Source: an uncultured Gammaproteobacteria bacterium
GTDB lineage: Bacteria; Patescibacteriota; Microgenomatia; Levybacterales; UBA12049
Reading direction: 5' to 3'
DNA: 64,000 nt
NCBI GenBank assembly: GCA_964608945.1
Contig: CAZSQB010000001.1
Span: forward strand, 3,211 to 67,210
This document shows positions 1-9,329 of the stretch, one piece after another (position 1 is the stretch's first letter; each line of letters opens with the position of its first letter). Below the pieces are notes generated by a model. That model saw only the letters and a list, made by a program, of their open reading frames with translations, ran no database searches and was not told the DNA's origin. The position numbers were made by a program, and so were the translations under genes.

Positions 1-7
1 AGTTGAG

Positions 8-841
8 TTGATTATCATTGATGATGCTTCAAAAGACGGGAGCGTTTCGTATATTGATTCATTCATTAAGCAAAATAAAACAGACATAGTTATTCACTTA
101 CAGAAGAATGAAAAAAACTTAGGTTTCTCTCCCACGATAAATAGAGCTGTTAAAAAAGCAACAGGCGAGATTGTTTATTTGTTGAACTCCGATGTATTGC
201 CGGAGGATGATTTTCTCTTGCCGCTTCTTTCCCATTTTGCTGATGAGCGAGTATTTGCAGTGGGCTCTATGGATAAAAGTAAGGAAAATGGCAAAATTAT
301 TTTACGAGGGAGAGGAATCGGCAGATGGAAAAAAGGTTTTCTCATTCATAGTCGGGGAGAAGTTGATAAAACGAATACGCTTTGGGTCAATGGGGGAAGT
401 GGTGCATTCAGAAAAGAGACTTGGGATAAGCTTGGAGGTTTTTGCGAATTATATGCTCCTTACTATTGGGAAGATATTGACTTGTCGTACCGTGCACAAA
501 AATCAGGCTATACCGTTATTTTTGAACCGAAAAGTGTAGTCATACATGAGCACAAAAAAGGAGCAATTTTTCGTACGCAAAAACCCCAAAAAATAAAAGC
601 AATAGCATACAGAAATCAGATTTTATTTACCTGGATCAACGCGACGGATGTGGATATATTACTACAGCATGTACTTTGGATGCCGTATTACATTATTGCT
701 GCGATAGTAAAGGGTGACTTGGTATTTCTTGCCGGTCTTGCTCAGGCTTTTATTCGCCTAGCAAATGTTATACAATTTAGAGCAAACATTTCAAAGCATT
801 TCATCAAAAGCGATCGAGAGATTATTTCGACTTTTTCCTAG
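8..841 (+). CDS. Glycosyltransferase family 2 (GT-A). 5'-truncated at the window edge; the frame is open back to position 2 with no credible start.
   Basis: IIIDDASKDGS (DxD-containing GT2 core) appears near the N-terminus of the visible part. A typical GT2 has about 40 aa before this motif, so the true start is upstream of the window. Confidence 0.7.
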   Translation: MIIIDDASKDGSVSYIDSFIKQNKTDIVIHLQKNEKNLGFSPTINRAVKKATGEIVYLLNSDVLPEDDFLLPLLSHFADERVFAVGSMDKSKENGKIILRGRGIGRWKKGFLIHSRGEVDKTNTLWVNGGSGAFRKETWDKLGGFCELYAPYYWEDIDLSYRAQKSGYTVIFEPKSVVIHEHKKGAIFRTQKPQKIKAIAYRNQILFTWINATDVDILLQHVLWMPYYIIAAIVKGDLVFLAGLAQAFIRLANVIQFRANISKHFIKSDREIISTFS

Positions 842-1549
842 ATGAAGTTATCTATAATTATTCCTGCGTTTAACGAAGAGAAAACAATAGGAAGCATAGT
901 AAAAAAAGTTGTATCCGTGAGACTTCCTGGTGTTGAGAGGGAAGTAATTATTGTTGATGATGGCTCAACAGATAACACTATTTCAAAAATCCCTAAAATC
1001 TATAAAAATCTCACCATTATTGTTCATAAAGTAAATCAGGGTAAAGGAGCGGCAATTATGTCGGGGGTAAAGAAAGCAAGCGGGGAATACATAGTTATTC
1101 AAGATGCAGATTTAGAGTATGATCCATCTGATATTATTAATCTCATTGAGCCTCTTAAAGAAAAAAAATATCAAGTTGTCTATGGATCGCGGCTTAAGAG
1201 AATGCCAAATTTCTTAAGAGACGAACGAACAGTTCGTTTTTTTACTCACTATCTCGGAAATAAATTTTTAAGTCTTATTACAAGCATCTTGTATGGACAA
1301 TGGATTACCGATATGGAAACAGGATATAAATTATTTCCTAAATCGTTGGTAAATAACATGAACATCCAGGCAAAGAGCTTTGATTTCGAACCAGAGATTA
1401 CTGCAAAATTCTTAAAGCGAGGTCATAATATTCTTGAAGTCCCCATTAGCACCAATCCGAGAAGCTATGATGAAGGAAAAAAGCTGATCACATTTAAAGA
1501 CGGACCTATCGCGCTTTGGACTTTGTTGAAATACAGATTTATTGATTAA
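842..1549 (+). CDS. GT2 polyprenyl-phosphate sugar synthase-like glycosyltransferase (DPM1/GtrB/ArnC-type).
   Basis: SIIIPAFNEE...EVIIVDDGSTDNT...GKGAA...IQDADLEYDP, the classic Dpm1-like GT2 motif order. The ATG abuts the stop of the upstream gene. Confidence 0.8.
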   Translation: MKLSIIIPAFNEEKTIGSIVKKVVSVRLPGVEREVIIVDDGSTDNTISKIPKIYKNLTIIVHKVNQGKGAAIMSGVKKASGEYIVIQDADLEYDPSDIINLIEPLKEKKYQVVYGSRLKRMPNFLRDERTVRFFTHYLGNKFLSLITSILYGQWITDMETGYKLFPKSLVNNMNIQAKSFDFEPEITAKFLKRGHNILEVPISTNPRSYDEGKKLITFKDGPIALWTLLKYRFID

Positions 1550-3042
1550 TGAATAATTTATTGTTAACCGTGCAGAAGAACAAGTATTTACTTATTTGTA
1601 TAGCTATTATTCTTCTTGCAACTTTTTTGCGTTTTTACAACTACGAAAACAGATGGGGACTTGCATATGACCAGGCACACGATGCGTTAGTTTCCAGATA
1701 CGCGGTTGAGGAGAAAAAATTACCACTCTTGGGCCCTTTTTCTTCTGCGGGTCCGTTTCAAACAGGAGGACAATGGTATTGGTTAATAATGATTCCAATT
1801 TTTATCTACCCTTATTCGGTTTTATCACCATGGATTTTTATAACACTTCTTTCTGTAGCATTTGTGGGAGTAATGATTTTTATAGGAAATAAGCTTGAAG
1901 GAAGATTCTTTTCTGTTATTGTCGGGTTATTTGCATGTGTTTCTACCGCACAAATTGCCCAGGCAGTCAGCCTGACGAATCAGTCGCCGCATGCTCTCCT
2001 AAGTGCTTTAGGCATTGCATCAATGATTTATTTTATTAAAACAAAAAAAACAAAATTCTTATTTTTGATTGGAGTTCTTGTAAGCTTGTCTGCAACCATT
2101 CATCTGCAGGGAGTAGCCCTTATTTTATTATTGGTAACTACGATTCTTTTTACCAAGACATTTTCTTTGAAAAAGATTACTATTGTTGCTCTTGGCGCGT
2201 GCACTGCGCTTATACCCATTCTCTTATATGATTTGCAACATGATTTTTTTAATATAAAAAACATGTATCAGTATTACTTATTCGATCAATATAAGATTTC
2301 ACTTGATGTATTAGGAAGAAGATGGTTAACCTATGGTGGAATATTTATCCCACGATCATGGGCTTATGTTATTGGCGGTTTTCCACCTGTTGGATATGTA
2401 GGAATAATTGGATCTGGATTGATGATTGTATATGCTGTTTTCAAAAAAAAACTTTCAAAAGAATGGTTTATCTTAGCGGTAGCTTTTGCTGGAATGGTTG
2501 GTATTTTAAAATATACCCGAACGCCCCTTTTTGACAGTTATTTGGTTTTTTTGCACCCATTTATTATTCTTTTAACTTCTCTTTTTGTACTCGATATGTA
2601 TAGATTTAATAGAATTGTAGGTTTGACTCTTTGTATCGGCATCGTGACCACGAGCTTATATAAAGACATCCCAGAATTAAAAGGCAGCTTTAATTATGCC
2701 GCGTTTATATCGAATAATTTTAAAAACGCTCTAACTGAAAAATATCCAAACGAAAAATTTGCAATATATGATCATAGATATTCGCAGAAAGATAAAAGTC
2801 TACCGCTCGTTTTATTTTTAGATGGTGAAGGTAAAATTAACGATAATGGACATAAAATAGGGATATACATACAAACTATGCAGTATGTAGCAAATAGTCC
2901 AGTTATTAAGGGAGAAAAAGGTGAATACCAATTAGTTGATTTAGATAGTTATTCAACTTTTGATTTATCGAAAGATCAATGGGTATTTGTTAATCCAAGT
3001 GAAATTTATCGGACAACAGAAGAATGGTATACTAAAAAATAA
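1549..3042 (+). CDS. Polytopic membrane protein, putative GT-C-fold glycosyltransferase. Unnamed family; paralog of 10994..12493.
   Basis: About 12 hydrophobic segments. The N-terminal loop motif AYDQAHDALVSRYA...LLGPFSSAGPF is shared with IDQGRDMMAV...LIGPYTSLQG in 10994..12493. Start overlaps the upstream stop (ATGA-type). Confidence 0.6.
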   Translation: MNNLLLTVQKNKYLLICIAIILLATFLRFYNYENRWGLAYDQAHDALVSRYAVEEKKLPLLGPFSSAGPFQTGGQWYWLIMIPIFIYPYSVLSPWIFITLLSVAFVGVMIFIGNKLEGRFFSVIVGLFACVSTAQIAQAVSLTNQSPHALLSALGIASMIYFIKTKKTKFLFLIGVLVSLSATIHLQGVALILLLVTTILFTKTFSLKKITIVALGACTALIPILLYDLQHDFFNIKNMYQYYLFDQYKISLDVLGRRWLTYGGIFIPRSWAYVIGGFPPVGYVGIIGSGLMIVYAVFKKKLSKEWFILAVAFAGMVGILKYTRTPLFDSYLVFLHPFIILLTSLFVLDMYRFNRIVGLTLCIGIVTTSLYKDIPELKGSFNYAAFISNNFKNALTEKYPNEKFAIYDHRYSQKDKSLPLVLFLDGEGKINDNGHKIGIYIQTMQYVANSPVIKGEKGEYQLVDLDSYSTFDLSKDQWVFVNPSEIYRTTEEWYTKK

Positions 3043-4286
3043 TGAAGAGTGTTCAGCTTGATTCGGTTCTCCTTTTTACATTTGTTATTCCCTTTGTCAT
3101 GGCCGTGCGAATCGGTCCCGGAGATACGCCATATTGGTTATTTGGAATAATCTTTTTTTTACTGTTCGGAAACATAGTATTGGATATAGTGTCGGTAAAA
3201 GAGAAACTACGTTCTTTACTAAAGCAAATAGTATTGTGGACAACCATTATCGTTGTTCTTGGTAGCGCTTTTGCTTCTGCAATTATGGTAAGACATCAGG
3301 TAGCCCCTGTCTATATGATTCATGACATAATATTGCAGCAAGAGTCAGCACTTCGCTTTTTATTAGATGGGATAAATCCATACGCGGTTACATATTTTGG
3401 AACTCCACTGGAGCAATGGAATTATTCTCCAACAGAGGTTAATCCTGCTTTGTACCACTTTGTCATGCAGCCTTTCTATCTATTGTTCGCCTTACCATTT
3501 TATTTTATCAGCAATCATACCATCGGTTACTTCGATGGAAGAATTCCGTTATTGTTTCTCTTTTTCTCGCTTCTTGTTCTTTCAAGTGCTTTGATAAAAG
3601 AAGAAGAGCGCAAACGATTATTCCTAGTTCTTCTTGCTTTCAACCCTGCGGTTCTTCCCTACACACTTGAGGGTAGATCGGATTTGTTTATGTATCCATT
3701 TCTTTTCTTAGGATTTTTCCTTCTCTATAAAAAACGCTATGTATGGGCAGGGATCCCGATCGCGCTTGCGTTTGCTGTGAAGCAGTCAGCGTGGTTGATA
3801 TTTCCATTCTATGTCGCGTATTTATTTTTTAATACAAAAAGCATCAAGGCAACAGTCCTCTCTCTTCTGCCATTTGCACTTGTCTTTGGCGCTATCGTCC
3901 TGCCTTTCTTCCTTTGGGACCAGAACGCATTTATCGATAGCACTGTACGATATCTATCAGGCGATACAAAGCACAGCTATCCGATTTCAGGATATGGTCT
4001 TGGTAGATTACTTCATGAGATTCACGTGATAAGGGACCTTAAGGGGCAATACCCATTTTTATACTGGCAAGCTGCAGCCGGTTTACCTCTCCTTATTGGG
4101 CTCCTCTATTACTTAAAGAAACGGCCGAGTGTTTCTCGCCTTATACTTGTTTACGCAATTTTTTCGTTCGTGTATTGGTATGTATCACGATACTTTAACA
4201 ACAGTCATCTATCGTACATCTCAATGGTTTTTATAACTGCATACTTCTGGCCGGAAACAAAAGATAGGAGTCATGAAAAGACTTAG
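3042..4286 (+). CDS. DUF2029/GT87-like polytopic membrane protein (putative mannosyltransferase-type GT-C).
   Basis: Multi-TM protein. The motif HDIILQQESALRFLLDGINPY matches YDIFNYIATAKVLFLYWENPY in 17902..19041 (D..(x)n..NPY loop motif typical of DUF2029 proteins). Confidence 0.5.
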   Translation: MKSVQLDSVLLFTFVIPFVMAVRIGPGDTPYWLFGIIFFLLFGNIVLDIVSVKEKLRSLLKQIVLWTTIIVVLGSAFASAIMVRHQVAPVYMIHDIILQQESALRFLLDGINPYAVTYFGTPLEQWNYSPTEVNPALYHFVMQPFYLLFALPFYFISNHTIGYFDGRIPLLFLFFSLLVLSSALIKEEERKRLFLVLLAFNPAVLPYTLEGRSDLFMYPFLFLGFFLLYKKRYVWAGIPIALAFAVKQSAWLIFPFYVAYLFFNTKSIKATVLSLLPFALVFGAIVLPFFLWDQNAFIDSTVRYLSGDTKHSYPISGYGLGRLLHEIHVIRDLKGQYPFLYWQAAAGLPLLIGLLYYLKKRPSVSRLILVYAIFSFVYWYVSRYFNNSHLSYISMVFITAYFWPETKDRSHEKT

Positions 4287-5943
4287 TATTTTTCTCCTCA
4301 TTTGTATTTTTCTCTCAGCTTTTTTTGTGCGCCTATATAAAGCTGGAGAAGTTCCATCAGGATTTCATCGCGATGAAGCGTTCTTAGGTTATAACGCATA
4401 CGCCATCTATAAAACCGGAAAAGATATGACCGGGAAGTTTCTTCCTCTTCATCTCGCATCATATCTCTACAGTCCAGCAGGGTATTCGTATTTAGCTATT
4501 CCCTCAATCGCGATATTTGGACTCAATGAATTCTCTATCCGATTACCATCCGCATTTTTTGGCGCACTCTCCATTCCCCTTCTTTATATTATGCTCAAAA
4601 AGCTATTTATACATAATCGATATAAAGAGCAGTTATCCATAATAGCTTCAGTTCTTTTTGCTATTACACCATGGCATATTAATCTCTCAAGAACGACGAC
4701 TGAAAATCCAGTTGTTTTGTTTTTCTTTCTCCTGGGATTAGTCTTTTTTTTCCACTGGAGAGCAAAACAAACTCTCCCCTTTTTACTGTTAAGTTTTCTA
4801 TCTTTTTTTGTGACAGTTTTTTTATATCAGGCTCCGCGGGCATTTCTCCCGTTTTTTCTCCCTTTTCTTTTTCTATCTTTGGCATATAAGCAAGCGCGTA
4901 AGCATATAAAAGTATTGCTGATGTTGTTTATCCTTATTGTTTTGCCCATTGGATATGTTATAAGCTCTTCTCATCTATCATTGCGAATTACATCGCTTAG
5001 TCTTACAAGCTCTCCTGAAGCGTCACTCATATTAACAGAAGCTATCCACCGTGATGGTGAGGAGGGAATACCGTCTCATATTGTACGAGTATTCCATAAT
5101 AAGCCACTTTTTTTTCTTGATAAATTTCTCACAAACTATTTTTCTCACTTCGATTACTCATTCCTTTTCGCAGACGAAGGGTATCCTGATAGATATCGAG
5201 TTCCAGGGGCAGGGTTGCTTTTGGTGACGCTGCTTCCGTTTCTATTGTTCGGTTTTTTTGAACTTTTAAAATCAAACAGACAGGAAGGATTACTCCTTTT
5301 AGGGTGGATCATTTTGACCCCGATCGGATCTGCGTTGACATTTGATGATGTCCCAAACCTTCAGCGGGCACTTTTTATGCTCCCTCCGTTATTAATTGGA
5401 GCATCGTTTGGAGCCGTGTCATTTTTCCATATAGTGCAAAAAAATAAAACACTCTCCACAATATTATTATTCGTTTTTGTCTTTTTTACTTCATTTTTAT
5501 TTGTCCGCTACCTTCATCAATACTATGTGCACGGGAATCCATACCGGCCATGGTATCGGCAAGACGGATATAGGGAGCTAGTTGCGAAGGTGAACAAGTA
5601 TCTACCAGGTTTCAAAAAAGCCATAATTACCGATAGGGAATCTGCTCCAACGATATTCTTTCTGTTTTACAGTCAGTATGACCCGGCAAAGTTTCAACAG
5701 GAAACGCAAAATTCTCCAATGCGAGATTTTGATAGGATAAACTTTGGAAAATATGAATTTTCTCAAGAAGAATGTCCATTTCCAACAGCGAAAACGCCAC
5801 CTGCTAAGAAGAAAGTAATAGTAGAGAAGGACGTGTTATATGTCAATAGCGGTCTGTGCGATAAGGCAGAAAAGGCCGAATACCTTGATATGATAAAACG
5901 AGAAGACAATTCTACTGTATTTGAGATTATCAATAAATTGTAG
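4273..5943 (+). CDS. PMT_2/ArnT-like GT-C glycosyltransferase (GT39/GT83-type). Tandem paralog 1 of 4.
   Basis: N-terminal TM then FHRDEAFLGYNAYAIYKTGKDMTGKFLPL (DE motif in first extracytoplasmic loop), ITPWHINLSRTT, many TM helices, and a C-terminal soluble domain of about 150 aa. Confidence 0.8.
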   Translation: MKRLSIFLLICIFLSAFFVRLYKAGEVPSGFHRDEAFLGYNAYAIYKTGKDMTGKFLPLHLASYLYSPAGYSYLAIPSIAIFGLNEFSIRLPSAFFGALSIPLLYIMLKKLFIHNRYKEQLSIIASVLFAITPWHINLSRTTTENPVVLFFFLLGLVFFFHWRAKQTLPFLLLSFLSFFVTVFLYQAPRAFLPFFLPFLFLSLAYKQARKHIKVLLMLFILIVLPIGYVISSSHLSLRITSLSLTSSPEASLILTEAIHRDGEEGIPSHIVRVFHNKPLFFLDKFLTNYFSHFDYSFLFADEGYPDRYRVPGAGLLLVTLLPFLLFGFFELLKSNRQEGLLLLGWIILTPIGSALTFDDVPNLQRALFMLPPLLIGASFGAVSFFHIVQKNKTLSTILLFVFVFFTSFLFVRYLHQYYVHGNPYRPWYRQDGYRELVAKVNKYLPGFKKAIITDRESAPTIFFLFYSQYDPAKFQQETQNSPMRDFDRINFGKYEFSQEECPFPTAKTPPAKKKVIVEKDVLYVNSGLCDKAEKAEYLDMIKREDNSTVFEIINKL

Positions 5944-6000
5944 CATAGTAACCTTACGCAATAAACTCTGCAATAATGATAAATAGTGCATGATTACGCT

Positions 6001-7638
6001 ATGAAATCAAAAACCCTAGTATTTCTCTTAAGCATTGTAATTCTCGCTTCTTTCTTGCGTTTTTACCAATTGGGCAGTAACCCGCCCTCGCTCACGTGGG
6101 ACGAGGTAGCCTGGGGGTACAATGCGTATTCTCTTGGGATTGACGGGAGGGACGAATTTGGAAAATTTTTGCCTGTAACCTATCTTGAATCCTTCGGCGA
6201 TTTCAAGCCACCACTCTATGCGTACCTGACAATACTTCCGGTTAAAATTTTTGGCCTTACGGAATTTGCAGTCCGGTTTGCGTCAGCATTCTTTGGTGTA
6301 CTGACAGTACTGGTTACATTTTTTCTGACAAAGAGGATTTTCTATAAATCCCCCCACGCAACGCCTATAGCGCTTGCTGCAGCATTTGTTATGAGTATTT
6401 CTCCCTGGCATATCAATCTATCCCGAGCAGCATTTGAGGCCAATGTCGCAACATTTTTTTTGGCAAGTGGGGTCTTCATGTTTTTAGGAGGAGTACAGGA
6501 TAAAAAATGGTATTTTGTTGGTTCGGCAGCGGCATTTGCTCTCTCTTTCTACACATTTAATACTGCCCGTATTGTCGCACCCCTCTTGGTGCTTGTTCTC
6601 GCTGTTGGTTTTTTCAAAATACTGATAAAACAAAAAAAAGAATCTATTATTTCGGGAATTGTAGGCGTTATTCTCTTGCTGCCGCTTCTTCCTTTTCTTT
6701 TCTCTCCCCAAGCGAGCCTTCGATTTAAAGAAGTGAATATTTTTTCAGATAGTGGTACAGTTGAGAGAGCAAATACACAGATTGCAAATGATAACAATGC
6801 TTTCTGGTCAAAGATTATTCACAATAGAAGATTTGCGTATTCTCGGGAATATCTGCATCACTACTTTGATAACCTTAACCCCCACTTCTTATTCATAAAA
6901 GGAGATGGTAATCCTAGATTCTCAACTCGCGACGTAGGGCAATTATATCTATGGGATCTACCTTTTCTGATTGTGGGATTGGTGTTGCTACTTAGGAAAA
7001 GAGAAGGACACTTTTGGATCATTCCCGTATGGCTTCTTATCGGCATTGCTCCTGCCGCGGTTGCTCGCGAAACTCCCCATGCGCTTCGAATAGAAGCAAC
7101 ACTCCCGACGTTTCAGATACTTGTCGCGTATGGATTTGCCTATCTATTACCTTTTAACGACGCATTAAGATCCAGAAAATTGCGATACTACCTCGTAAGT
7201 GGAGCAGTGCTCTTGTTATTTTTTAATTTCTTATACTATTTTCATGGATACCATACTCACTACCCAAGGAAATACTCAGGGGAGTGGCAATACGGATACA
7301 AGGATTCTATTCAATACGTAGAGTCGGTGCAGGATGAGTATGATGGTGTTTTTCAAACTTCGGCGCTTGGAAGACCATATGCTTACTACGCTTTCTATAC
7401 GCAAGAAGATCCAAACAAGTTTCGGGCATCAGCGCAGGTAAAGCGTGATGTTTTTGGTTTTGTTACTGTTGAGGGGTTTTCCAAATATCATTTTGCAAAA
7501 GATATTCATGCTGTAAAAGCTGATTCAAAAAATATACTGTATATTAATACGCCAGATAAAGTCCCGGATAACGCAACTGTCTTTAAGGTCTTTACGCTTA
7601 AAGATGGAAAACCTGTCTTTGTAGCATATACGTTGTAA
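6001..7638 (+). CDS. PMT_2/ArnT-like GT-C glycosyltransferase. Tandem paralog 2 of 4.
   Basis: TWDEVAWGYNAYSLGIDGRDEFGKFLPV, ISPWHINLSRAAFEANV. ATG at 6001 is preferred over the GTG at 5986 used by the ORF track. Confidence 0.8.
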   Translation: MKSKTLVFLLSIVILASFLRFYQLGSNPPSLTWDEVAWGYNAYSLGIDGRDEFGKFLPVTYLESFGDFKPPLYAYLTILPVKIFGLTEFAVRFASAFFGVLTVLVTFFLTKRIFYKSPHATPIALAAAFVMSISPWHINLSRAAFEANVATFFLASGVFMFLGGVQDKKWYFVGSAAAFALSFYTFNTARIVAPLLVLVLAVGFFKILIKQKKESIISGIVGVILLLPLLPFLFSPQASLRFKEVNIFSDSGTVERANTQIANDNNAFWSKIIHNRRFAYSREYLHHYFDNLNPHFLFIKGDGNPRFSTRDVGQLYLWDLPFLIVGLVLLLRKREGHFWIIPVWLLIGIAPAAVARETPHALRIEATLPTFQILVAYGFAYLLPFNDALRSRKLRYYLVSGAVLLLFFNFLYYFHGYHTHYPRKYSGEWQYGYKDSIQYVESVQDEYDGVFQTSALGRPYAYYAFYTQEDPNKFRASAQVKRDVFGFVTVEGFSKYHFAKDIHAVKADSKNILYINTPDKVPDNATVFKVFTLKDGKPVFVAYTL

Positions 7639-7644
7639 CAATTT

Positions 7645-9321
7645 ATGAGAAAATACACATATCTTCTCGTTTTTATTCTCCTTTTAGCTTCTGCATTACG
7701 GCTTTCAGCTCTTGGAAATGTGCCTCCCTCACCGGACTGGGACGAAGCATCACTGGGATACAATGCTTATTCGATACTAAAAACCGGAAACGATGAATAT
7801 GGGAAATTTTTGCCGGTCGTCCTTCGCTCTTTTGACGATTACAAACCCGCACTGTATATCTACTTTACTATCCCGTCAATCATTTTTTTTGGCGTGAATA
7901 CATTTGCCGTACGGCTACCGTCAGCGATCTTTGGTATCCTCACGGTTTTTGTTACCTACCTTTTTGTCAGGGAATTATTCGGGAGGGAAATAACAATACG
8001 AGGAAAGAACATCCAGACAGAGTATCTGGCACTCCTCTCCGCGTTCGTTTTAGCAATCTCACCCTGGCATATACAATTCTCTCGAATTGCTTTTGAGTCA
8101 AATGTCGGGATGGGGTTAAACCTTCTTGCCGCTTTCTTTTTTCTCAAAGGATTAAAGTCTCCATGGTTTCTTCTCGGGAGCGCTTTTGTTATGGGAATAA
8201 ATATTTATATGTATCAAAGCGAGAAAGTGTTCACGCCGCTTCTTCTCCTTGTTCTCGTTGCAGTCTATATAAAGCAACTGCAGAAGATTCCAAGAAAATA
8301 CATGATTCTTTCATGTATTGTTGGCTTTATCACAGTTATACCAATGGGGTATTATTTGCTCACTAATACTGAGGCCCTTTCAAGAGCACGGGGAGTCAGC
8401 GTTTTTGCTGACCAAACAGCGTTTTTGAAAGACAATGCAGAAAAAATTCTTCAGGATAAAAAATCAGGCGATATAGTGGGGCTGGTTCTTGATAACCGGA
8501 GAGTAGAGTATGGAAAGGCAGTACTGGCAAATTACATATCGCACATGGACTTAAATTGGCTATTTATAACTGGAGATATCGCTCGCCACCATGCTCCAGG
8601 CATGGGCCTGCTGTATCTTTTTGAATTACCATTTTTATTTCTTGGTATGTATTTTCTTTTGTTTGAGAGGATTGATAAAAAAATAAAACTATTACTTTTT
8701 CTCTGGTTGTTTATTACCCCTATTCCGGCATCAGTGACAAGCGGAGTGCCACACGCGGTACGCGCATTAAATTTCCTTCCAATCCTGCAAATTATTACTG
8801 CACTGGGACTGTTCACAGCTTTTGTAGAAGTATTAAGTATAAAGTATAAAGTATCAAGTATTCCGATGAGGTATTTTATATTTTCTCTATCATTCCTGCT
8901 TTTTCTTTTTAACTTTTTATATTACTTAAATCAATACTTTGTCCAGCAAAACTTTTACAACTCACTAGACTGGCAATATGGATACGAGAAAGCAATACCT
9001 GAGATACTGAAGGTTGAAGGGAGATATAAGAAAATCATTGTTTCAAACCAAGCACCGCTTGATCAGTCATATATATTTTTCTTGTTCTATCTTCTTTATC
9101 CACCAGGTCAATATCAAAAAGAGGCTCTGGAAGCGTCAGGTGGATTTCGTGAAGATCACCAGTTTGGCAAATACGAGTTTCGGCCGATAAGATGGGAGAG
9201 TGAGGAAAAGACTGAAGACACATTGTATATCGGACGGCCAGGTGATTTTCCTGATATTCCATCGATTAAAACTATCTACTATCTTGATAATACCCCTGCG
9301 ATCAAAATTGTAAGCGGTTAA
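7645..9321 (+). CDS. PMT_2/ArnT-like GT-C glycosyltransferase. Tandem paralog 3 of 4.
   Basis: DWDEASLGYNAYSILKTGNDEYGKFLPV, ISPWHIQFSRIAFESNV. Same architecture as its neighbours. Confidence 0.8.
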   Translation: MRKYTYLLVFILLLASALRLSALGNVPPSPDWDEASLGYNAYSILKTGNDEYGKFLPVVLRSFDDYKPALYIYFTIPSIIFFGVNTFAVRLPSAIFGILTVFVTYLFVRELFGREITIRGKNIQTEYLALLSAFVLAISPWHIQFSRIAFESNVGMGLNLLAAFFFLKGLKSPWFLLGSAFVMGINIYMYQSEKVFTPLLLLVLVAVYIKQLQKIPRKYMILSCIVGFITVIPMGYYLLTNTEALSRARGVSVFADQTAFLKDNAEKILQDKKSGDIVGLVLDNRRVEYGKAVLANYISHMDLNWLFITGDIARHHAPGMGLLYLFELPFLFLGMYFLLFERIDKKIKLLLFLWLFITPIPASVTSGVPHAVRALNFLPILQIITALGLFTAFVEVLSIKYKVSSIPMRYFIFSLSFLLFLFNFLYYLNQYFVQQNFYNSLDWQYGYEKAIPEILKVEGRYKKIIVSNQAPLDQSYIFFLFYLLYPPGQYQKEALEASGGFREDHQFGKYEFRPIRWESEEKTEDTLYIGRPGDFPDIPSIKTIYYLDNTPAIKIVSG

Positions 9322-9329
9322 AGGCGTTC

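Noticed and set aside
5986-6000. GTG start at 5986 for the second tandem PMT-like gene.
   Set aside because: The ATG at 6001 (MKSKTLVFLL...) gives a typical signal-anchor N-terminus matching its paralogs. The GTG extension adds five non-conserved residues.
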